64,000 nucleotides of DNA from positions 864,001 to 928,000 of the forward strand of contig CAXXDV010000003.1 of assembly GCA_963674745.2 (NCBI GenBank). Direction: 5' to 3'. Source of the stretch: Desulfosudaceae bacterium. GTDB taxonomy: Bacteria > Desulfobacterota > Desulfobacteria > Desulfobacterales > Desulfosudaceae. Under the pieces are notes generated by a model. It saw nothing but the letters and a program-made list of their open reading frames with translations. It had not been told where the DNA came from and searched no databases. The position numbers were made by a program, and so were the translations under genes. Shown here in pieces: positions 17,512 through 26,664 of the stretch (position 1 is the stretch's first letter; every line of letters begins with the position of its first letter).

Positions 17512-19626
17512 TTATGAAATACGGCACACCGTCATCAGTGGGCAGTCAGGCTCATCTGATGCATGATGGGCATCGGCATGGATTGAGCATACCGCTTTTT
17601 CCATTGTCGGATAAATGTTTTCTTCTCCGATCTTGGCCAGCAGGTGAGTGCGTTCCATCACCTTCATGACCGACTCGTTTATGCCGCTGAAGGAAATTTT
17701 TACACCCGCACTGCGAACATTGTCAATAAGAAGCGAGAGTGTTTCTTCTCCGGAAGCGTCGATATCATTAATGGCGTTGGCCGCGATAACGATATGGCGT
17801 AAGTCACTGCGGTTCATCATGCGGTCGTTGATTTTGTCTTCCAGGTAGCTGGCATTGGCAAAAAACAACGGCCCGTCGAACCGGACCAGGTCGATGTATT
17901 TACATTTTTGCAGGCCGTGGACCATGGCGGCCCGAAAGGCGTCGTCCTCTTTCCGTGAGAGTGAGGCCACCGTGGGGCGCATGCTTTTATATAAAAAGAC
18001 ACCCAGGGAAAGCACCACACCGACCATGATGCCCCGATCCAGGTGGGGCGCGAAGGCCAGGGTGCAGATAAAGGAAAGAATGGAGATGGCGCCGTCATAC
18101 CACTGGGCTTTCCAGGCATGAATAAAACCGCTGACATTGATCAGCCCGATGACCGCCATCATGATGACCGCAGCCAGAACCGCCTGGGGCAGGTTATAGA
18201 GCAGGGGGGTAAAGAAAAGCAGAACGATAAGCACCGCCAGGGAGGTAAAGGCGCTGGACAGGCCGGTAACCGCACCGGCCTGGAGATTGACCGCCGAACG
18301 GGAGAAAGAACCGGAAACCGGGTAGCTTTTGCCGGCAGCGCCGATCATGTTGGCCAGCCCCTGACCGATAAGTTCCTGGTTGGGGTCCAGCCGTTGGCCG
18401 GTCTTGGCGGCCATGGCCTTGGCAATGGAAATGGCTTCCATAAAACCAAGTAGAGAAATAATGGCCGCGTAGGGAAACAGGTGAAGCATGATTTTCATGT
18501 TGAGTTCCGGCATAGACATGGCCGGTATACCCTTGGGCACTACGCCGACCACCGCGCCGCCGCCGATCATTTTCATTTCTTCCGGGTTGACCGGCGCTTC
18601 ACGAACTTTGAGGCGCCAGATGTGGGCATCCAGGTTTTTTGCCGCCGGGTCGTCTTTCAGGTAAAAGGTCTTTTCTTCCTCATCGGCGACAAAAAGCATG
18701 GACCGCAGTTCCGCGCGATAAACATGTGCTTTTTCCTTGAGGGTGTTGATTTTATAATTGGCAACCCGCAGGCCATGCTCGGCATCCATCAGGGCCAGGT
18801 CGTCATGAGCCTCTTTGGCCTCGTCCATCGCTTTCATGATGGCGGTACGTTCTTCCACAAGGGATTTAATTTGAGTGATCCGGCTGTTGTAGTCCGTAAC
18901 CGTCTGATGCACGGCCGGTGCCTGAATGGCTTTCATGGATACGGTGGTGTTGTGTTCAAAACCTATTGCCCAGGACAGGATGGTGGTCACGGCCACGGCC
19001 ACCAGTACATTGGGTATGCGGGGGTTGATGCGTTTGAGTATTACCATAATGGCAAAGGCCAGTAATCCCATGAAAAGGGTAAACCAGTGAGTATAATGGA
19101 AAGCCGCCTCGACGACCCGGATAATCGTTTCATAATGGTGGGCCGCCTTATCCACATCCACCCCGAACATTTTGGAGAGCTGGGAAGAAGCGATGATAAT
19201 AGCGGCGGCATTGGTAAAACCGTTGACCACCGGATGAGACAGAAAATTGACGACCAGGCCCAGCCGCAGCACACCCAGGGAAAACTGGAACACCCCCACC
19301 ATCAGGGCCAGCATGATGGCATAGGCAATATACCCTTCACTGCCGGCGGTTGCCAGTGGTTCAAGCGAAGCTGACGTCATCAGTGATACCACCGCAACCG
19401 GGCCGGTGGCCAGCTGGCGACTGGAACCGAACAGGGCCGCGATCAGGGGCGGGAGAAAAGAAGCATATAGACCGTAATAAGAAGGCATCCCCGCCAACTG
19501 GGCATAGGCCATGGATTGGGGAATCAATACCAGGGCCACCGTCAGGCCGGAAATCCCGTCCGCTTTGAACTTGTCCAGATTGTAGCCGCGCAACCAGCTC
19601 AGAAATGGAAAAATTACATTGATCAT
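17512..19626 (-). CDS. sulP: SulP/SLC26 family inorganic anion transporter with STAS domain
   Basis: PQSMAYAQLAG, GLYASF..FGSSRQLATGP, NQELIGQG, GSFSRSAVN, FDGPLFFANA. Confidence 0.93.
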   Translation of the reverse strand: MINVIFPFLSWLRGYNLDKFKADGISGLTVALVLIPQSMAYAQLAGMPSYYGLYASFLPPLIAALFGSSRQLATGPVAVVSLMTSASLEPLATAGSEGYIAYAIMLALMVGVFQFSLGVLRLGLVVNFLSHPVVNGFTNAAAIIIASSQLSKMFGVDVDKAAHHYETIIRVVEAAFHYTHWFTLFMGLLAFAIMVILKRINPRIPNVLVAVAVTTILSWAIGFEHNTTVSMKAIQAPAVHQTVTDYNSRITQIKSLVEERTAIMKAMDEAKEAHDDLALMDAEHGLRVANYKINTLKEKAHVYRAELRSMLFVADEEEKTFYLKDDPAAKNLDAHIWRLKVREAPVNPEEMKMIGGGAVVGVVPKGIPAMSMPELNMKIMLHLFPYAAIISLLGFMEAISIAKAMAAKTGQRLDPNQELIGQGLANMIGAAGKSYPVSGSFSRSAVNLQAGAVTGLSSAFTSLAVLIVLLFFTPLLYNLPQAVLAAVIMMAVIGLINVSGFIHAWKAQWYDGAISILSFICTLAFAPHLDRGIMVGVVLSLGVFLYKSMRPTVASLSRKEDDAFRAAMVHGLQKCKYIDLVRFDGPLFFANASYLEDKINDRMMNRSDLRHIVIAANAINDIDASGEETLSLLIDNVRSAGVKISFSGINESVMKVMERTHLLAKIGEENIYPTMEKAVCSIHADAHHASDEPDCPLMTVCRIS

Positions 19627-19658
19627 AAACGTTACCTTATCCTTTTTATTTAAATTTT

Positions 19659-20234
19659 TTATTTGACCATGCGACCAACCAGGCCCATCAGCTCGTTGTA
19701 CAAGGCGCCTGCGTCATACAGGTTACAATTCTTGAAGCGGACAATGCCATCCACCGTAGAAAGAATGACCAGGGCGGTTTTACGGGGAGAGATATCGCCC
19801 ACCGATCCGTCTTTCTGACCCCTGACAAGGGCATTTTCAAATATATCTACAAAGCAGTTGTAAATGGCTTCCAACAGCGTTCGGCAGAAATCGTTTTTTT
19901 CGGCCAGTTTGTAAGGATAATAGCGGTGTAGCAACAGAAACCAGGGTTGTCGGGTGCCGGCCAGGTAAAGGTAAAAAGCAACCGACGCCTCCAGCCGCTC
20001 GGCGCCGTTGGAAAATGTTTTTTCACTGAAATAATGGGAGAATTCTTCCAGAATACCGTTTTTAACATTGTTTAAAACCGACAGGAACAGGTCTTCCTTG
20101 GTCTTGAAATGATAAAATATGGTAGCACTGGCCACCCCGCTTCTTTTAGCGACTTCCACCATTGAAGTCTCTTTAAAGCCCTTGTTTGCAAATAAAAAAG
20201 TAGCAATTTCAAGTATTTCATCTTTTTTTGACAT
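19659..20234 (-). CDS. TetR/AcrR family transcriptional regulator
   Basis: FANKGFKETSMVEVAKRSGVASATIFYHFKTKEDL helix-turn-helix. Confidence 0.92.
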   Translation of the reverse strand: MSKKDEILEIATFLFANKGFKETSMVEVAKRSGVASATIFYHFKTKEDLFLSVLNNVKNGILEEFSHYFSEKTFSNGAERLEASVAFYLYLAGTRQPWFLLLHRYYPYKLAEKNDFCRTLLEAIYNCFVDIFENALVRGQKDGSVGDISPRKTALVILSTVDGIVRFKNCNLYDAGALYNELMGLVGRMVK

Positions 20235-20260
20235 AACCGGCCTTCATTTAAGTGCGTGCT

Positions 20261-20297
20261 AACTGATAAGTCAGTCAGGCTGACTGTCTAGTCAGTT
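20261..20297. promoter_or_regulatory. Putative TetR operator (nested TGACT/AGTCA inverted repeats)
   Basis: AACTGATAAGTCAGTCAGGCTGACTGTCTAGTCAGTT just upstream of the TetR start; minus-strand TTGACA at about 20319-20324. Confidence 0.55.
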
Positions 20298-20334
20298 GTA
20301 TTTCGTTGCAGGTGGCCTTGTCAAGATTTTTTTT

Positions 20335-20615
20335 TGGGTTTTAAAGTTTTAGAGTATTAGGAGATTAAGTGACTATGTGTTTAAGTGGTTATGTGATTAT
20401 GGGTTTTTAGATCTTGGTAATATATGGCTTTGTAGGGGCGACCGGCGGGTCGCCCTTTTTCGTGTTTATATGATTGCCCTTGTTACTGAAGGCCTGTAGG
20501 GGCACGGCGTGCCGTGCCCAATAAGGCGTGCCGTTCCCGATTGTGAATCACGTCCGTTCAGGGTCGTTTCTGTGGGTTCCCTTTGATCGGGCGGCCACAG
20601 AGAACCGCCTTTACA
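20335..20615. repeat. Octamer array plus GTAG REP-like palindromes
   Basis: 20432-20456 is identical to 8016-8040; 20496-20519 is identical to 7845-7868; AAGTGNTT/ATGTGNTT array at about 20335-20410. Confidence 0.85.
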
Positions 20616-20730
20616 ACATTCGCCGCCGGCCCTCAATACAATAAAAAAGTTTTTGGCTATTAGTCGTTTGATTGAGATTTTTACTCATGTTATGTTAATC
20701 TGATATTTTAACCGAATAGACGGAGTGCTT

Positions 20731-21297
20731 ATGAATTACGATGTTAAAGACTTGATGGTGCCGATTTCGGAGTATGCCACGGTTTCTATTGGAACCACCC
20801 TGTTTGAAGCCGTTCTGGCCCTCGAAGAAGCCCAGTTGAATTTCGATCGTTCCAAGTATCATCATCGGGCGATCCTGGTGATGGATGAAAACAACCAGGT
20901 TGTCGGTAAGCTGAGTCAGTTGAATGTTTTGCAAGCCCTTGGCGGTGAAACGGACAGCCAGCAGGTCGATAAAGTCAGCCGGCTGGGTGACTTCGGGTTC
21001 AGCCCCCAGTTTGTCAGCAGCATGGAAGCCCGGCAACGTTTTGCCGGCCGGTCTTTTAAAGACATTTGTGCCGCCCCGGCCAACTTGAAGGTGGAAAATT
21101 TCATGAAAGCCACCTCTGCCGGTGAGTACGTGGATGAAAACACCCCTCTTGAAACGGTGATCCCCCAGTTTATTTCCGGCCACCATCTGTCATTGCTGGT
21201 TACCCGGAAAGATGGTGAAATCATCGGCATATTACGGTTGTCTGATGTATTCGCTGCTGTATTTCATATGATGGAAGAAGGGCAGAAGAATCAATAA
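20731..21297 (+). CDS. CBS domain protein
   Basis: VKDLMVP..AILVMDENNQVVGKLS..LLVTRKDGEIIGILRLSD; RBS GGAG. Confidence 0.85.
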   Translation: MNYDVKDLMVPISEYATVSIGTTLFEAVLALEEAQLNFDRSKYHHRAILVMDENNQVVGKLSQLNVLQALGGETDSQQVDKVSRLGDFGFSPQFVSSMEARQRFAGRSFKDICAAPANLKVENFMKATSAGEYVDENTPLETVIPQFISGHHLSLLVTRKDGEIIGILRLSDVFAAVFHMMEEGQKNQ

Positions 21298-21328
21298 TTA
21301 ATATTTCATGGAGCACGGGATATATCCA

Positions 21329-22750
21329 ATGCAAGAACTGGAAAAGCTATTAGACAGAATCATACAACGCGCCAACATCAACCTGCGGGAAATCCCCTAC
21401 GATGCGACGCCGGTGATCAAAGGCCTGGTGCCTTTGAGTAAAATGGAAAAATTTTACGCTTTTTACGGTATTTCCAATTATCATCCGCTGGATCTGCAAT
21501 TCCGGCACTCGAACCTGGCCGGCAGTTATTTTCTGGGAAAATGCCGGGTCAGCAATTCTATTTTATACAAGAGCGACATCCGGGGCGATGAGCTTAAAAA
21601 AAAGGGAGACGTGTTTAAATTTCAAAATTTTGAAATCCCGATGACCCGCGATGAAGGGTTTGATATTGAAGACAGCTTTCTGATCAAAACACTGGTTCAT
21701 AATTTTTCTCATGACCCGGAAACCCTGGAGCGGTTTTTCATCAAAGACACGCTCTCCACGCATTATGCCAATATTCACGGCGCGCCCAGTGACGGTTGTT
21801 TTCTGGGCCCGTTTGCCACGGTTGACCTGACGACCATGCGGGATTGTATCATCGGCGCTTTTTCTTATGTCCAGGCAGGGGAAATCGGGCATATGAATAT
21901 CCAGCCCGGAACCGTATGGGTCCGCAGCCCCGGTGTGTTTAATTTTCTGTATCGATATGACCTTGACCGGCTCGGTGATTATATCACCTTTGAACCCGGC
22001 TCGATCCCCAAGGGCGTATTCATGGAAGTCGCTGAAGCCTGTAAGGAAGATTTTCAGGGCATTTATGACCGTGTCCATCTGGAACATCCCATATCCGTTC
22101 CGGACAGCACCTCGGTGGATCGCTATGCCGTGATCAAGCCGAAAACCCATATTGATGAAAATGTTCTGGTGGCCCAGCGGGCCTTTGTCCAGAATTCCTG
22201 GTTGGGCAAAGGGGCCAATGCCCAGGAAAACTGCTATATCATCAATTCCCGATTGACCGGCAACAACGTTACCGCCCATGGCGCCAAAATTCTGGACGCG
22301 GAACTGGGACAGCAGGTATTTGTGGGATTTAACAGCTTTGTCAACGGCCGGCCGGAAACCAAATTGCAGATCGGTGAAAAAAGCATTATCATGCCCCACA
22401 CCATCATTGACAGCCCCGAACCCTTGATCATTCCCCCCGGTCACCTTGTCTGGGGGCTGATAACAAAACCCGCAGATATCCTCACCAACAGCATCGCCCT
22501 GTCAGAACTGGCAGCCGTTAAAGACAAGCTGACCATCGGCGACATGTTTTTTGAAGGCAGCGGCGCCGCCTTTGTCGAAGCTTTCGAACACCGGATTGAC
22601 CATATTCTGGAAGCCAATGGCGCTTTTTTCGACGGTACCCGCAACCGGGGGCACGCCCAGTTCAATCAGAATATTTCGTTCAACACGCTGCAACCGTACT
22701 CGGAAGGTGAATTAAAAGGCCTGTATCCGACCATCATGATCAAGCCCTGA
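21329..22750 (+). CDS. Left-handed beta-helix (hexapeptide repeat) protein, acyltransferase/gamma-carbonic-anhydrase superfamily-like
   Basis: Hexapeptide-like runs (SVDRYAVIKPKTHIDENVLV, LGQQVFVGFNSFV, IGEKSIIMPHTII); alternative start at 21308. Confidence 0.7.
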   Translation: MQELEKLLDRIIQRANINLREIPYDATPVIKGLVPLSKMEKFYAFYGISNYHPLDLQFRHSNLAGSYFLGKCRVSNSILYKSDIRGDELKKKGDVFKFQNFEIPMTRDEGFDIEDSFLIKTLVHNFSHDPETLERFFIKDTLSTHYANIHGAPSDGCFLGPFATVDLTTMRDCIIGAFSYVQAGEIGHMNIQPGTVWVRSPGVFNFLYRYDLDRLGDYITFEPGSIPKGVFMEVAEACKEDFQGIYDRVHLEHPISVPDSTSVDRYAVIKPKTHIDENVLVAQRAFVQNSWLGKGANAQENCYIINSRLTGNNVTAHGAKILDAELGQQVFVGFNSFVNGRPETKLQIGEKSIIMPHTIIDSPEPLIIPPGHLVWGLITKPADILTNSIALSELAAVKDKLTIGDMFFEGSGAAFVEAFEHRIDHILEANGAFFDGTRNRGHAQFNQNISFNTLQPYSEGELKGLYPTIMIKP

Positions 22751-22872
22751 TAGAGCGTCTTTAATAACGTATTATGGCTTGAGTTTTGGGCCTGAAAGGG
22801 GTATAATGAAAGATATTTTCGGGTTCGGTTGTAAAATAGAGCGACTAACACTTTTTGCAGGAGGCGGTTATA

Positions 22873-23787
22873 ATGGAGTTAACAGATCTTCAACTGATGA
22901 CGATCGCACCGTTTATTGATGAAACAATTAAAAAGCTGGACAACATGTGCGGCCTGGAAGCCTACGCCGGCGACCCTTTCCTGGATGAGGTCGTAAATTT
23001 TCGGTTCAAAGGTTATGCTGTTGCTTCGGAAACAAGAGGTAAAATCAACGGCGTTATCCTTTTACACAATTATATCGAAACAGCCCTGACGATCGGCAAC
23101 CGGTTGCGGATGCGGTTGCTGGAAGAAACGCATCAACACGACAAAATCGATGAAGACATGCAGAGCGCGCTGGCCGAGTGGGGCAACACCATCATCGGAA
23201 ACGCCACCGACTTTCTGACGGACAAAAACCTGGGGATTAAATTTAACCCGCCTTATTTTATTACCAATACCGGGAATATGGATCCTCTGTTGAGCAACGC
23301 CAAGGAAATTATTTCCATCCCCATTCATATCAAGGATGAGGGCCGATTCTATTTTAATTACATTATTAGTACGGGCGAAGCGTCTGCCGGCACCCAAAAA
23401 GGTGGTATCCCCAGAACAGGCAAGGTGCTGGTGGTGGATGACTCCAATTTTATCCGGATGGTTGTCAAAAAGTACTTGAGAAAGATCGGTTACGAGAATA
23501 CGGTTGAAGCTTCCAACGGCAGGGAAGCCATCGAAATGTACAAGAAAGAAAGACCGGATATCATTCTTATGGACTATGTCATGCCGCAGATGACGGGGTA
23601 TGAAGCCCTGCAGCAGATACGTCTGCAGGATAAGAATATTCCGGTGGTCATGTTTACTTCCGTGTCCGATTCGAATGTTGTGGCGGAATGTAAGGCCCTG
23701 GGTATTTCCGGTTATATCATCAAGCCTCTGACCGCAGAGGAAGGGCCGGAAAAGCTTAAGGCTTTTATGGATAACCCCCACGGCTAA
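22873..23787 (+). CDS. CheX-like phosphatase domain fused to a receiver domain
   Basis: SALAEWGNTIIGN (ExxN motif) followed by NPP; C-terminal REC (VDDS, MDYVMP, KP). Confidence 0.78.
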   Translation: MELTDLQLMTIAPFIDETIKKLDNMCGLEAYAGDPFLDEVVNFRFKGYAVASETRGKINGVILLHNYIETALTIGNRLRMRLLEETHQHDKIDEDMQSALAEWGNTIIGNATDFLTDKNLGIKFNPPYFITNTGNMDPLLSNAKEIISIPIHIKDEGRFYFNYIISTGEASAGTQKGGIPRTGKVLVVDDSNFIRMVVKKYLRKIGYENTVEASNGREAIEMYKKERPDIILMDYVMPQMTGYEALQQIRLQDKNIPVVMFTSVSDSNVVAECKALGISGYIIKPLTAEEGPEKLKAFMDNPHG

Positions 23788-23810
23788 CCGGTATTGTAAT
23801 TAATTATAAT

Positions 23811-23847
23811 AAAGCGCTCAGCAGAAAATCGTTGGGCGCTTTTTTTA
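23811..23847 (+). terminator. Rho-independent terminator
   Basis: AAAGCGCTCAGC..GTTGGGCGCTTTTTTT. Confidence 0.7.
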
Positions 23848-23992
23848 TGGGGCGGGGTCACTGTTTCTGTACTTTACCGGATGGATATGGTTGATTTGAT
23901 TTTATATCCAGCGTGCCGGAAAAAACAAATAAACGGTTGTAATAATATAAAAATGTTTACAACAGATTGAAAATATAGCAAACTTTTTTATT

Positions 23993-25510
23993 ATGGGTAC
24001 TTACCGTTTTATCGGACTGGTTTTAGTGTTATCGCTTGTAGCCGGTTGTGGCTTTAACGTTCGGTATTCAGCCGATGAGATCCGTGCCGAACATTCCAGC
24101 CCAACCATTACCTCGATTCCATCCATTAACGAAGATCAAGCAATCGTTGGAAACGGTCATGAGACGTTGGCCCATGCTTCGATTCCAGTTGATTTTGACT
24201 GGGGAAGCGAACTGACGTTATCCCGGGTAATCGATATATCGCTTGCCAACAATCCCGATCTGCAGCAGACGGTTTATCGTATCTCACAGGCCAGGGCGAT
24301 GAAGGCGCTTTCCGATACGGCCTTCTGGCCGATGGTTAATGTTTATACGGAATATATCCAGGGAAACGCCCCTTCCGCCTATTTGTTCAAGACAATTGAT
24401 CAACGTCAGCTTCCGCCCGATACCAATTTCAATGATCCGGGCTGGTTCGAAAATTATGAAAGCGGCCTCGGTCTCCGTTTGAACCTGTTCAACGGCGGCC
24501 GGGACTACCTGAGGTATCACATGTCCCGGCAGGATGTGGATATTTCGGAACTGGACCGGCGGGCGGTCCAGAACGACCTGACGGCCCAGGTGATTGCGGC
24601 CTTTTACGATGTCCTGGCGGCCAGGAAATTTGCAGGCATTGCGGAAACATCGGTGGCGACTGCTTCCGAACAGTTGCGCATTATACAGGTTCAATATGAG
24701 GGCGGCGGCGCCTTGAAATCAGATGTTTTGACCTTGAAGGTCCGTCTGGCCCAGGCGGAAGAAGGCCTGGTTGAAAGCCGTAACCGCTATAAGCTGGCCC
24801 AGGCGGCCCTGATCCATCTGATGGGGGCCGATCCCGCCGAAAAAGAAACGGACCTGAAACTGGTCGAAGCCGAAGCCCTGGTCGCCGAGTCGGTGCCGGC
24901 CACATATGAAGATGCCATTGCCTATGCCCTGGTCCATCGCCCTGAGCTGGAAAAAGCCCGAAAAACGCTGATCAAATCCCAAATGGGACTTGATGCTTCC
25001 AAAGCCGCCTACCTGCCCCGAATCGATTTGATGGGGAAATATTATGTTGATGACCCCCATCTGGAATATGACCGTGACCGTGAAAACTGGACCGCGGCCA
25101 TCTTCTTCAACTGGGATCTGTTTGCCGGGTTTTCTACTCAGGATCGGATAAAACAGGCCGACGCTGTTTTAAAGGAAATGCTGGCTGCCGATCGAAAGGC
25201 CACCCTGGGTGTCAAGCTGGACGTCAAAAACGCTTTTCTGAACCTGGAAGCGGCCCGGTCCCGGTACGAAGTGGCCGCCGCCAGCGTTGAAAACGCCGAA
25301 GAATCATTCCGCCTGGTAAAAGAGTACTACAGGGGCGGCGCGGTAACCATCACCCGTTATCTGTCGGCCGAACTGGACCGCAACCGGGCACGATTTCATT
25401 CGACCGCGGCTTTTTACGATAAGATCAAAGCCACCGCCGAACTGGCCCGTGCCGTCGGCAAGCTGGCAAAAGACGAACCGAAAAACACGAAAAAAACGGT
25501 AAGCCCATGA
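23993..25510 (+). CDS. TolC family outer-membrane efflux lipoprotein
   Basis: LVAGC lipobox; SLANNPDL, LNLFNGG, ALVHRPEL, YLPRIDL repeats; upstream of MFP and RND genes. Confidence 0.9.
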   Translation: MGTYRFIGLVLVLSLVAGCGFNVRYSADEIRAEHSSPTITSIPSINEDQAIVGNGHETLAHASIPVDFDWGSELTLSRVIDISLANNPDLQQTVYRISQARAMKALSDTAFWPMVNVYTEYIQGNAPSAYLFKTIDQRQLPPDTNFNDPGWFENYESGLGLRLNLFNGGRDYLRYHMSRQDVDISELDRRAVQNDLTAQVIAAFYDVLAARKFAGIAETSVATASEQLRIIQVQYEGGGALKSDVLTLKVRLAQAEEGLVESRNRYKLAQAALIHLMGADPAEKETDLKLVEAEALVAESVPATYEDAIAYALVHRPELEKARKTLIKSQMGLDASKAAYLPRIDLMGKYYVDDPHLEYDRDRENWTAAIFFNWDLFAGFSTQDRIKQADAVLKEMLAADRKATLGVKLDVKNAFLNLEAARSRYEVAAASVENAEESFRLVKEYYRGGAVTITRYLSAELDRNRARFHSTAAFYDKIKATAELARAVGKLAKDEPKNTKKTVSP

Positions 25511-26664
25511 AAGAAAAGAAACGGGTCATTTTTTTTCTGATCGTATGTGTTCTGATTGTCGGTGGAATCCTTATGTTCCGGTTCTTTTCCGACGAGGACA
25601 TCAGTCCCCGGGTCTGCGGGCCGGATAAAATTTTTGCCGGAAACACCAACGCCACGGCGCGGGCCGAGCTGACCACGGTTAACGAATGGTATGATGCGGT
25701 GGGAACGGTACAACCGAGTACCCAGGCGCGGATCGAGGCTCAGGTTTCCGGCCAGATCAATGAGATCCGTGTTAATGCCGGCGATGAGGTGAAAACCGGC
25801 CAGCTGTTAATCCTTCTCGATAACCGCCAGATGCAGACCCGGCTGTCCCAGGCCAGGCAATCCCTTCAGACGTCTATGGCCGCCCGGGAACAGGCGCGGC
25901 AGGCGGTCAACGCGGCCCGGGCGGCATTTGAAGAGGCGGAATCGGCCTATAAGCGGGTCCGCGGGTTTTATGAGGCCCAGGCCGCAACCGAGCAGTCGCT
26001 GGAACAGGCCCGTTCCCGTTATCAACAGGCAGAATCCGCCTTAAAACAGGCCGGGGATGCCGTTTCCGGAGCCGATGCCGGTGTCCGCATGGCGGAAGAA
26101 ATGGTTGCCGAAGCGGAAATCCCCCTGGGGTATACCCGAATCAAAGCCCCTTCCGATGGACGGGTGTTGAAACGGATGGCCGACCCCGGCGACCTGGCCA
26201 TGCCCGGGAAACCCTTGCTGCTGTTGCGCACCATCGGCGGGTTACGGCTGGAAGCCCATGTTCGTGAAAGCCTTATCGACAAGATCCGCATCGGTTCAGA
26301 GCTCCGGGTGGAGCTGCCTGCCCTGGAACGGACGGTGGATGCCCGGGTGGAGGAAATAATCCCCTACGCGGATCCCCAAAGCCGTAGCTTTCTGGTCAAG
26401 GCTGCGCTGCCGGACCTGCCGGGTTTATATCCCGGCATGTACGGCAAGCTGCTGATGCCTTACAAAACGGTCGACCTGGTCCTGGTTCCGCCGGAAACAA
26501 TCGCCCGGGTCGGTCAACTGGAACTGGTCAGAGTTAAAACACCGGCAGGATGGGCACGTCGTTACATTAAAACCGGACATGTCTACCAGGGCAAGGTGGA
26601 AGTGCTGTCCGGACTTTCCGGCGGTGAGATATTGGAATTAAAGGAGCCTGGCAATGGCGAATAA
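25507..26664 (+). CDS. RND periplasmic adaptor (membrane fusion protein)
   Basis: N-terminal TM, AQVSGQI..GDEVKTGQLL lipoyl half, coiled coil, YTRIKAPSDG. Confidence 0.92.
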   Translation: MKEKKRVIFFLIVCVLIVGGILMFRFFSDEDISPRVCGPDKIFAGNTNATARAELTTVNEWYDAVGTVQPSTQARIEAQVSGQINEIRVNAGDEVKTGQLLILLDNRQMQTRLSQARQSLQTSMAAREQARQAVNAARAAFEEAESAYKRVRGFYEAQAATEQSLEQARSRYQQAESALKQAGDAVSGADAGVRMAEEMVAEAEIPLGYTRIKAPSDGRVLKRMADPGDLAMPGKPLLLLRTIGGLRLEAHVRESLIDKIRIGSELRVELPALERTVDARVEEIIPYADPQSRSFLVKAALPDLPGLYPGMYGKLLMPYKTVDLVLVPPETIARVGQLELVRVKTPAGWARRYIKTGHVYQGKVEVLSGLSGGEILELKEPGNGE

